Source: Balanoglossus misakiensis (Eukaryota; Animalia; Hemichordata). Taken from it: a stretch of DNA of 64,000 nt. The DNA is taken from positions 6,222,266 to 6,286,265 of the forward strand of contig CM082591.2 in NCBI GenBank assembly GCA_040954595.2. The letters are read 5' to 3'. Shown here piece after piece: positions 52,518 to 63,857 of this stretch (its first letter is position 1; each line of letters starts with the position of its first letter). The position numbers and the translations under genes were made by a program. The notes under the pieces are model-generated. The model did no database searches. It was not told the origin of the DNA and saw nothing but the letters and a program-made list of their open reading frames with translations.

Positions 52518-55500
52518 ATGACGAATCCCATCACAGTGGTAAGTCCCATACATGCTTTGATCTCTAGTTTTTTTCCCTTGGAGAATAATTTTCGTATTTT
52601 TTTGGTTGCTCCTTATCATGATGGTCGAGATCCGTCACTTGGCTGAACCACACAAAACACGGCTTTTCAAACGTCAAAGCGTCGCGATCGGAAAGGGGAT
52701 ATCAAGAATAGATGCTTTCTAACGCAAAGGTTCGTACATAAAATATTGCCGATGTGAAGGGCGAGATTTGGGTGTAAATTCTTCGCGAAAAAAGACGTGC
52801 GACCTGCTTTTTCTTTGCCATGCTACAGATACCCTACAAGTTCATCATCCCACGCATATCCGCTAGGACTCAGATCGGACAATGAGTGTATGCGATATAA
52901 AAAGTATGACGCTGACTCATCGATTCATTATCCGTTCTTTTCCAAACACGAGTGATAGCCCAGAATCAAAGATCGCATCTTTGGCTAACCCGTTCATGTT
53001 AGTGAAAATGTCAGAGCTAGCTGGCTGTGACGCAGCTTTGCGTTGTACGGCATATCCCTTTCCATCAGTGTTGTCACATGACAATGTTTATTTCGTTCGG
53101 CACGGTTCCATTATCGCGATGGGGGTCGAAGGAATCGGCGGGTGTGGGTGAGATCGGGGCAGTTCGAAAACGCACCTCATTGACCATGCTGCGTCCCCTT
53201 TGTGCTACCTTGTCAAAACAGGTTTTGCATTTTGGTGAACAGCACTGAAAGTTAGTAAAATCTGTCATTTTGCTAAAGTGTCTTTGAATTTGAAATGATA
53301 AAGCGATCATGAAAATGTTAAAACATTAACAGTACTGGGGAATAACGAATAGCAAGTTTTTTGTTGTGTTGTAATAATACTTTTAAATTTTGATGGACAG
53401 AAATATACAATTAAAGACATTTTTGATCAAAGAAAGTCATGAAATACAGTTAACACATCATTTGAGTGAGTTGTCGACCTTTTACCCAGAATGCAACTGT
53501 CATAATGCGACTTGACCCCTTAGCATGAACTAAAAACCTATTTAAGGCAACCAGAATTCAAGAGCTTGTGTATATATGGACATTCCACAGTGAAATGAAC
53601 TGTTCAGAAGATTTGCTGCTGCGTCCTTGGTTTGTGTGTTGGGTCAGGATGCGGATAGTCTTAAAATAGCTGAACTTTTCGCGCAGTTGGTGGCAATTAT
53701 GTTTATGTACATTGTATGGATGCCAGAATCGGGTCACCCATAGGCAGATATTATTGTACAGGGGCATAACTATTCCCATATCATTCATGATAGTGTTATG
53801 TTTACATTCATCAGGGTATATAGTCCTGGGAAAAAGACTGATGGCAAATAGATAGCTACAATGACCGGCCCGGGTCAATTGTGGGTCACTGATGTAGCTA
53901 GTAGATGTAGCAAATGATTACAGACATTACTATATACTTCAGAAATTTAGCTCAATTCAGTTTTCTGTTTTTGCTCTCACGGAAAATTCCATCTCTTGGT
54001 CAGAAATCCCAAATGCTCATTTGTAATAATGGCCCAAGGTCTTCATTGTGTTTACCAAGAGCTGACAGCATTCTATGTTTGCCTGTCAGTAAATTGGCAA
54101 TAAATTCAAATGGCCTTGAGTATTTCGGGGTACAGTACAGTACTACCAGCAAAATGAACCAGAATCTCCATTGATAATTGGATACATACGTTGATACTCA
54201 GAAAAAAAAATATATTAGCTCAAATTTTTTTGTACTCAGCTGAATAATATATAGAAGTGTTTATACACACCACATGGATTTGGATATACACGTCTTTTCT
54301 GCTGTTTTTCATACATTCATTACTGTAAAACAGGTTATTTTTGCAAGCAATACATTTTCGTGAAATACGTGAGAGCCAAAAAAAGACGTTAAAATAAAAA
54401 TCACGTAAAATGTTTTTTCGGAGATAACGATGCAATTAGTGAAATATGAAAACGCGAAAATTAATCCTTGCGTAACAGTTGCTTAAACTTTTGATGTTGC
54501 GAAATTTTCCTGTCGCGAAAATAACCTGTTTTACAGTTTTTCTTGTACTGACGTCAATGGGGGATTTGCAATCTGTGAGCAAGGTATTATCTCAGTGATG
54601 AGATCGACTGATGACTACAGTGATAGCTGGCCAAGTCAGCGTTTGGCACGGTTCCAGAACGTCGACGCAAAATGGGTTCACCTCAGAGTGAAATAACCCA
54701 CTTCCTTTGTTTTGGCACGTTATGCGCAATGTGCGACTCGACCACCGTCATCTTTTAATGCTGTGTTTATGAAACTGTGTAACATCTGCCGTGACCTTAT
54801 TTAGAGTAGGTTGAACTGCAGTCCAGAGTTGACAAGCGACTGCGCTGCGGTTTTCAAAACAAGACATCGAGTTTCCAGAAAAATCATAGGACACTTATAT
54901 AGAATCCTATATATTTTTGCCATTGTTTGTTTATTTATGAATAACATTTTTGTCATTGTTTGTTTGTTTATGAATATGTATGTAGAATAAACATCATTAA
55001 AGCTAAAAAGTTAAGTAAAGATGTTTGTTTGTTTGAAAAAAAATATGAATAAAGCATGAAATGTGAAATGAAGTAAGAACAGCATTCTACAAGGAGGTAT
55101 TGTACTATGACAATTAAAAATACTGCAATAAATGATTTATGACTGAAAAAAAATATGTACCATTGTATGGAAATTACCTGTGTGTGTGTGGGTGTTGAAA
55201 CTAGAGGCGTGTTCTTCAGATGTCTGGTATTGGAAACTACTTCAGAACAATAGTCAATATACCTGTCATGAAATCCCCTTTGATGAAATATATGAGCATT
55301 AAAACCATTGTGATCTTGTAATTGCCAATGTAAATGTTCTGGTATGGATTTAAAACAAAAAAAATCAAACATGGTACTGTAGAGATCAGAATTAAGTTTT
55401 TCACAACTTTTCTTGATTTATCTCAATATATTTGGTAAATTACCGCAAAAGCATCATGTATTGTACTCTTCAAATAATTTATAAAAGTTTTGACATTTGG

Positions 55501-57214
55501 GAAGATTAATTCAAATATCACTGTTTTGTCGTATGCTGAGACCAGGGATAATTAGCATAGTGAATGTATATGTCTACTCCACCAAAATGGCCGATTGGCT
55601 GTCTGCACATCTTGTCAACTCTTTGTTAGTGGTTGCATATTTGCATCGGTTGTTTGTTTCTCTGCTCAAAATTAAAAATTTGTGAGTTCGTGACAGAAAC
55701 TGCCAGGTCGGTGCTATTTTGGGGCTTTTGGAGCTAATTCTGCCCGGCTGTTTCGATTGAAAGCCATTTTAGCGGGTCAATGCATTTTTCGGTTGGTACG
55801 GTTTGTGTGTGGTTGACATACCTTTGTAGTTTCCATCTAAATTGGAATGTTGTCGAAATTGATCAAATTGCTCGAAATAGTTCAGATATAGTAATCAACT
55901 TAATTTGCATGTGAAACCCGAAATCCATATTGTAATCTATTTGTAAACAGCTAGTCTGTGCCGGAGATGGGAAACCATAAAATTCTAATACCACCATGAT
56001 ACAGTGTTGTTGTAATTTCAAATCGACTCTTCCATTTTCACATGGGTATGAAAAGGCCCAGCTTTGGATGTGCCTTTCAACAAAGACGGTGTAGGAAGTA
56101 ACTATTGTACCAAGAAGCATAATTTTATTTGATTTTATTTTGAAAAATTTTTTTATTTGATTTTGGGAATTAATTCAGAGTTATTAAGTGCAGTGGCAAC
56201 TGTATTTATATATTTGCGGCAATATTATTGGTATTCACACAATACATGCTTGACTTCCTGTAACTTTTCGATTTTGTCAACTCTAGTTTTTGTTTGCATC
56301 CTTTGCCAATGAGAGAACATGTAGTTCACTCTGCCTCATCTTAATAACTTATATACCAGTATTACTGGCCTTGGAGGTGATTATGCACGATTTATAATAT
56401 TGAATTTCATATTTTTTTAACCACATTGCAGATCAGGTGTCTTGGTCCAAAGTTGGTGCCATTTATGAAGTCTGTTCTGGTCTACTTTGTCCTGTGGCTG
56501 CCGGAGCCCTCTGCGCTCGCCGCTCTAGTCAAGATTCTTCCCATCCTGTCGCTGGCCGCGTTTGTCATCATGCACGGGGTGAAGCTGCCTAGCAACCTGA
56601 GCATGCACCGCTTCTGCTACGGCATCCTGGCCGGTCTCATCTTCTCCTGCATCGGCGACATCTTCCTGGTGTTCAACGACTACTTCCTGCACGGGCTGCT
56701 GGCCTTCGCCATCGCGCAGCTGATCTACGCCATTAACTTCGGGTTTCAACCGTTCAAGTGGTCCGTGCTGCTGGTGTGCGTGGCGTTGGGATTCTCCACG
56801 TATATATTGATGTACCCGGGGCTGTTTGGGCCCATGGTGTACCTGGCGGGCGTCTACATCGCCCTGATCCTCTACATGACGTGGCGAGCCGTGGCCCGCC
56901 TGCAGTTCTTCGAGCAGCGCTGGACGTGGAGCAAGCTGGCGGGCAGCGTGGGCGCGATCCTCTTCGCGATCTCCGACTTCACCATAGGCATCAACAAGTT
57001 CATCTTCCCCGTGCCGTACGTCCGAGCCATCGTCATGTTCACCTACTACGTGGCCCAGCTGGGCATTGTCCTGTCGGTGGTCGACTACCACAAAATCGAT
57101 GATGTCACCAAAGAGAGCGGTGATGTCAACACAAAGTGTGTGGACGTCAAGGAAAACGGCGCGGAGGTCACCAAAATGAACGGTGTCAGAAAAGAACCCA
57201 TCAAATTAGAGTAA
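52518..57214 (+). CDS. TMEM86A: Lysoplasmalogenase, YhhN family, TMEM86A-like (267 aa, 2 coding exons)
   Basis: Micro-exon 52518-52538 (MTNPITV|GTAAGT) plus exon 56432-57214 (CAG|IRCLGPKLVPF...VYFVLWLP...KILPI...GLIFSCIGDIFL...GAILFAISDFTIGINKF...TYYVAQLGIVLS), matching the TMEM86A N-terminus MVSPVTVVKSEGPKLVPFF and YhhN motifs. Confidence 0.92.
54321..54538. mobile_element. MITE family C-related copy
   Basis: TACTGTAAAACAGGTTATTTT...AAAATAACCTGTTTTACAGT. Confidence 0.8.
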
Positions 57215-57215
57215 C

Positions 57216-57308
57216 TTAACCCTTTCACCGACATGGTTCAGTCCAAACCCATTGTTTTCTATGGTAAACTTGGACCTCTAAAGAGGGAACTGGGTGTGAA
57301 AGGGTTAA
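57216..57308. mobile_element. MITE family B copy, 1 bp after the TMEM86A stop codon
   Basis: TTAA-CCCTTTCACC...GTGAAAGGG-TTAA. Confidence 0.85.
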
Positions 57309-57818
57309 ATATAATGTACAACTTGGGAAAGTTGTTTCTGCTTTGCAACTCCTTGACTCTGACGACATCGGTGTCATCATCAGATGAAGCTATTTTATCG
57401 AGTTTACAAACACTGTTTGTTTACTCGTAAAGTACTACTAGTTCATTTACATGTAAAAACGGCAGCAGTCAAAGATATATTTATGCATCTCTAGAATGTT
57501 CAGATATTTATAAACAACATCGTGTAAATAAACACCTTGGCTCGAGGCGCCTATAGTTTGTGGTAAAGATGAATGACACTGGGCTTGTCAATGTGCCGAT
57601 TGCATACGCACATTTGTGCTACTTCAGGGGAACTTACAAGTAAATGTTTCAGATCCAATCGACTAGACTGGGCAGAGAGACAGCAATTGTAATGTTCGCT
57701 CACTTTCCCAGTATTTTCATTTGGTATATCAAACACCTTGTAATTCTACCCAGAAGTATTTTTAGACTACGTACAAAGCAAAAATTAGCGATGCCCAAAC
57801 GCTACAGCTTAGAGGCTC

Positions 57819-57917
57819 TTGAACCCTTTTCACCACAATGGTTCAGCCCAAACCCATTATTTCCTATGGTAAGGTTGGACCTTTAAGGAGGGAACTAGGG
57901 GTGACTGAAAGGGTTAA
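57819..57917. mobile_element. MITE family B copy
   Basis: CCCTTTTCACCAC...GAAAGGGTTAA. Confidence 0.8.
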
Positions 57918-59367
57918 AGGTCGTAGCCCACCCAACCTAGCGCGTATTTCTGGTACAATGGGAATATAACACTTTCTACCATTTAAACATGTCCAGAAGT
58001 ACTATTTACTGACCATAAGGGCGTAGAAACTGAAATATAAACAGTTCTTCCCTATGATGTCATTTCAAGTTTCTCAAAAACAGTGTTATGTTTTGCTATT
58101 ATAATTAATCTGTGAACTTTGACCTATGACCTTACGGGCTAGCCCCTTAGCATATATTGTTATGGCGTTTTAGTGATTGTTTCAATTTTACATATTTAAA
58201 TAATTGAAAATTATCGTAAGTTAACCATTTTTTTGTGTAACTTATTATGGGTTTATTTTTCTCAGAATATAGTTTTCTAGACGTAAGTGTTTAATGTGTA
58301 GTTTGGCAAATATTTTTCCACTTGTGTTGTTTAATTTTTAGCATGTTTAAATATAGATTTCTAGTATGTTTTAGTATAATTATATATACATGTATCTACC
58401 TTGGCTGAAAAAAAACAGGAAAGTTTACCATTGATTGTTTACATTAAGAGACATTTTAATGATATGTATATTGTTGTACAACCCACATGGTTTGGCTTCA
58501 TTGATTGGCCAAGGCATTTGGACTGACCCATTTCAAGAGAGGTGAGATTAAAAGTGTGATATCAAATCAAAAGAAACAATCGAGTAAGGATAATTCTCAT
58601 CATTTTAAAGTCAGAAATGCCGAACTGAAGTGAAAATTCTTAGGGTGGTGGGTCGTTGAACCTGTAAGTAATATTTGCGGGCGAGTATTACAAGTGTTAA
58701 AGGTCATAATTACCTTCCAAAAATGCAGTAGCCAACTAGCATTGTGAAAAGTGAAGTTGCAGGAATGATCTATCGTAAACGGGTACAAAATTGATCTGAC
58801 TGAGATTTCTGTTTTGGAGAATGCAGTGAGAGTCCTGGGACAAAAACACATGAAAAGTCTTTAAGAAAAAAAAGAAGAAATTGTTCCTTGATAATCAATT
58901 TATCATATTCACTAAATGGTCCCCTGGGTCATCATAAAATACCAGCTATTGCAGTTCGTGAGAAATTTTGAAGTAAAATCCTATAGTTACGGCATAGTAA
59001 TTCTAGATCTGCGGCAATTTTGAACCCGAAATTCTCATCAAAGAAGCAAAAAAGTTGTGGAATTCTGAATGACTTTACAAAACACCTAAACTGTTCAGTT
59101 AGCCAATTCAAATGCTGTAGACAGACTGCAGAGATTTTTTCACTTAGAGAGAAAAATTCGTGATTTTTTTGTTCACATTGCAAATCTCACCGACAGCGCA
59201 CTTCTAGTTTGAACTGACATGTTTGGTGTTTGTTTGAATATTTAAGATGTCAGTTTCCTCCAAGAGTAATCTTGGTCACAAGATCGCTCAGGAAATGTTT
59301 GCGGTTTTATTGTAACGGAACCTGTGCTATTTATTTCACTCTCTTCTGTGTTTAGCGTTATCTCAGC

Positions 59368-59556
59368 TACCGTAAAACGGGTTATTTTCGCGAGCAATAA
59401 ATTTCTGCGAAATACGCGAGAGCCAAAATAAAAATGTTTTTCGGAGATAATGATACAGTTAGTAAAATACAAGAATTCGAAAATTTGTCTTTTGTAACAG
59501 TTGCCTCTTTCGATATCACGAAAATTTCCTGTCACGAAAATAACCCGTTTTACAGT
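59368..59556. mobile_element. MITE family C-related copy
   Basis: TACCGTAAAACGGGTTATTTTCG...CGAAAATAACCCGTTTTACAGT. Confidence 0.8.
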
Positions 59557-60374
59557 TGTAAGGAAGAAAATCCCCAAGCGATTCAGTTTTGGAAATGGAA
59601 ATGGCATGTTCAAACGTGTTGTATCTCAGAAATAACAATATAGTGACATTTACTTCAAAAAGATACAGAGACTAGGATCTACATGTCGTATGTATTTTTG
59701 TAGAAAAGCTGTGTGTTGTAAAAATCGATTGGCATACATCTTTGTAAACGATTTGAATTTACAGAGTGATTGAAATTTTGTGGCAATATTACATGTATGT
59801 ACTCATTATTACTGTTGCATATCCTGTTTAATTAGCTTTGTATGTTGACACGATCAGCTGGTCTTGCGTGTTACATTTCAAAGAACCTTTACTGTTAAAG
59901 CCCCAGTAGTTGCCACTTTGCATTATTATCATGATTTCACTTTCAAACTTTAAGATTGGTTTTAAGCTTCCTGATGGGTATACACAAAGATATGATCAAC
60001 CTCACATCGTGGCTGTACTTTAAAATGTTCATATATATTTACACAAGCTATAATTAATGGGTGCCACACCAATTTATTCAGGCTCTCAATTCAGGAGTAC
60101 GCAACTGTTGTATCGACCAATCACATCAAAGGATTTTCGCTTTGAGTTCAAAACCATCATGGATGCACGAGGTCGCTAGATTTATGAAAAGGGTGTATTT
60201 CTGGCAACTGACATTTCACAACTAGTCATGGCTACTAGTCTGATTCAAAGTACACCTGAATTGTTAGTACATGTATTTGTTTAGAACAGGACATGCAGCA
60301 GTAATGGTGTGTAATTTAATGCACCTACAATGCAGAAGTATTATAAACGCAGATTTCTTAAACATTTAGTCAGA

Positions 60375-60904
60375 TTAAAGGTATACAGTATGGAAAATTA
60401 GCTATAGTTACCATGGTAAATTGAGATCTGGCCAAAAGAGCGCACCATACGTTCTTTAGAACGCTCAAATGTGCCATTTCAGCCATATATGGGCGTATGT
60501 AAATTGGAGGTGACTGTATACCTTTAAAGGTATATGGTCACCCATTGAAAATTAGCTATAGTTACCATGGTAAATTGAGATCTAGCCAATCACTGATTTT
60601 CAGTGGGTGGCACATGTGAAAAAAAGAGTGCACCATATGTTCTTTAGAACGCTCAAATGTGCCATTTCAGCCATATATGGGCGTATGTAAATTGGAGGTG
60701 ACTGTATACCTTTAAAGGTATATGGTCACCCATTGAAAATTAGCTATAGTTACCATGGTAAATTGAGATCTAGCCAATCACTGATTTTCAGTGGGTGGCA
60801 CATGTGAAAAAAAGAGCGCCACCATATGTTCTTTAGAACGCTCAAATGCGCCATTTCAGCCATATATGGGCGTATGTAAATTGGAGGTGACTGTATACCT
60901 TTAA
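60375..60904. mobile_element. Head-to-tail trimer of MITE family E
   Basis: Three units separated by single TTAA at 60524 and 60712. Confidence 0.88.
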
Positions 60905-63282
60905 TCATTCACGTCTGTTATTCTGTGGACTTTTTTATTCTCTTGTCTTCCTTTGCACTGTACTTGAGTACCCCCAGCCATGTTGCTGTGCAAAAAAGAA
61001 CTGAATGTGCAACGTCCCTTTCCTTTTCCGCCGACGGCATTTTTTGCCGACATTTCGACAGACCTGTAAAGCAAAGTTGTACGAATTCTTGGAGCAACTA
61101 GTGAATTTCTAGTTCTCATTTGATCTGATAAAAAAGTTGACCTGATAAAATAGTTGACTAAAATCTGACAGACAAGTACACACGGCATTGAAGAAATGTC
61201 TGGCTGTTGTGAGACTGTTTGGTGACCCTGGTAGTTTTGACAATGGAGTTCTGGCTCTGTGAATGGACCTGACCTTGAATTCCAGTGTTTCTTTGTCCAG
61301 GTGTGACCATGAAGCTTAGCATGTATGTGCATGGCTGTTGATTGACCTACCCTATGAGACATAGAGCATGTTTCCCTCTTAAACCAACTCACTTCTCAAA
61401 TATTTCATTAGAAGAAGAAATAAAGAACTTGTTGATTGAATTGCATGGCAGAACTTCAAAAATAACCAGTACTTTTGTAACGACTCAAAATTTGGTTTAT
61501 TTTTAATTAGCATGAATTTCAGTCATATGACAATTCACTTCGGCATAATAATGCATGTATAATCGATGTGTCAGACACTTTGGTTTGGAACACTTTTGGT
61601 CCAGAAATTTGCCAACTTCTTGCTAAATCTGACCTCTACAAATCAACCAATCAAATGTGAACTATAGAGGGCGCCAATCGAAATGTCTCACAGTAGACTA
61701 CAACAAGCTCACTGATTAAATATTGGAACTTGAAATGTCTACAGTTTTCAGAGTACATAATTTACAGAAGATATTTGATGTCATGTATTTTTCTTGAATG
61801 AAAAAAAAATATCCACTGAAAGGTTTTTTGGTAGAGCATTTACATGAAATGTGTGTGACAATAAATGTGTGCTGCAAAGAATTTTTTTAGATTTGAATAT
61901 TACAATATATACATTTGACCTGTGAACTTTTGACCTTTGACTAGCACCAAAAATGCACTGCAGAAATCATAGAAATTATTTTAGATTTGAATATTACAAT
62001 ATATAGATTTGACCGATGAACTTTTGACCTTTGACACGCATGGTTTTATGCTGACAAGCGGATTATTGGGTACATATGTAAGAACAAGAAAATACTTTTT
62101 CTCACTGAACATAAAATATTTGAAATTCATTTTGCCAGTGGATTTGGTTTTATGGTTAGTTGACGTTACCGAATTACTTCTACACAGAATGCTTACATTT
62201 ACCATGACATATGTATGATATTATCAATAAATAATGCATGTCACTTGCCAACTTAAAAAGTGTGTTTTGTTTATTTAAACCATGATCGTGACGTCACACT
62301 ATTCAATAATATAATATTTAAAGCCTAATCACTCCGCTCAAGAATATTGCCTATTGTTAAGGATTGGGGAGCTCGCATTGTTGAAGGCATATCCTGAGTG
62401 AAGTGCAGGCCAACAAACCAACGGAAAAAAAAGGGGGGGGGGCGGGCGGGTGGGAAAATTGCCCCTTACAACTAGTGCCTATCCGTCCAACATTCCCTTT
62501 GGCCCTCTACCTTAAGGCCATTTCTTACCCCCTATCCTTCGTTATATTCCTTGTAGCTTCTGCCCTTCCCTGTGCGAGGAAATGACACAGAGTCTTCTGC
62601 CCTGTTCTTCTTTTATACCTTTGTCATTCTTATGAATATTAATGAGATAACACCTGGCGGAATATTATCGCTACGTGATTAGGTTTTGAATAATATAATA
62701 TTTAAAGCCTAATCACTCCGCTCAAGAATATTGCCTATTGTTAAGGATTGGGGAGCTCGCATTGTTTCCGGCTATCCCCACCTCAGTGAAGGTCCTACCA
62801 GGTATCATAATTTCCCACACTCACACCTCTCATCTCCCAATCCTAACATACATTCCCCCTTACCTAAATATCCCCAAACCTCAATGACCTGGTCCCTGTC
62901 TAGGGGCGCCCTCTATGTCCCCAGGAATATTGTTCTCTTACGCCAACTCCAATGTCGATTAAGTGCTGCAATTCCCATGCTGGGATGTTCAACTGGAAGG
63001 AACGATTCACACTATGATACCTCAAAAAAAAAAGCATTTATGACCGTTTTGACTTCTTTTTTTTAAGAGGGCACCCCCAGACAGGAACCTGCGAATGGCA
63101 GGGAGCCGAAAAGGCAAGGGCTTAAAGAGTCGCCCCCCTGTCTGAGGATCCGGGAATGTCAACAAAATACCACATTATTCAAAGAATAACACATCAAGTG
63201 ACTGGAATAACCGTAATGCGATTTACTCTTTATTGCTTTTAAGACACATGCTTACATCGAGTGACGTTTGAGTTACAACAAT

Positions 63283-63708
63283 TTATTTCTTTTGCTTACA
63301 ATCTCTAGCAAAATGGCCTTCGGCACCACAGACGAAACACTTGGAATTTTTGGGCTTCGGTGACCTAGATTAACTATATCTACCATAAGGGGAATACTGA
63401 CGATCAGGCTCCTTTGTATTACGAGTAAATTTTTCAACTTTAGCTGCAATTTCCTCCTCCTCCTTATTGCCCAAAAGTAACAAAATTAATTGGCCAGCAT
63501 CCTGACCAAACTCATTAGTTTCAAACTGGGCTAGCACGGCACGGTCAACAAGAACACGAAGAGCATTCAGCAGCTGTGGTCGTATGTTCCACTCTCCCGA
63601 CGTGGCAATCTCCATAACCTTTTGATGCGCGTCTGCTACAGAGTTGTTGTCTGCCATTTGCTGCAACTCATCCAACTTTTTCTGCATCACCTGCAGTTGT
63701 TGCTTCAC
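63283..63708 (-). pseudogene. gag-like ORF with CX2CX4HX4C zinc knuckle, interrupted by an in-frame TAA at 63372-63370
   Basis: VKQQLQVMQKKLDELQQ (coiled coil)...YSPYGRYS*SRSPKPKNSKCFVCGAEGHFARDCKQKK*; begins after a splice-acceptor-like TTTTCTGTTGCAG at 63709. Confidence 0.75.
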
Positions 63709-63857
63709 CTGCAACAGAAAACACATTCTTACCAATTTGCATGGTACATATTGTTTCCCCCACATTATGTAACACGACCCACTTCGGGCTCTGTCTTTTG
63801 TGAAGCAAGTCTAAACCTCCAAGGTGTAGAACTAAGTACACCTATATTTTCCATACC

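Noticed and set aside
61885-62035. ~57-bp duplicated segment with TGACCT-like direct repeats (also short duplications at 24580-24712 and 26381-26617)
   Set aside because: Ordinary local tandem duplications; TGACCTTTGACC-type motifs recur across the window with no functional evidence
62383-62420. CCTGAGTGAAG as a hammerhead ribozyme core
   Set aside because: Does not match CUGANGA...GAAA with the required flanking stems
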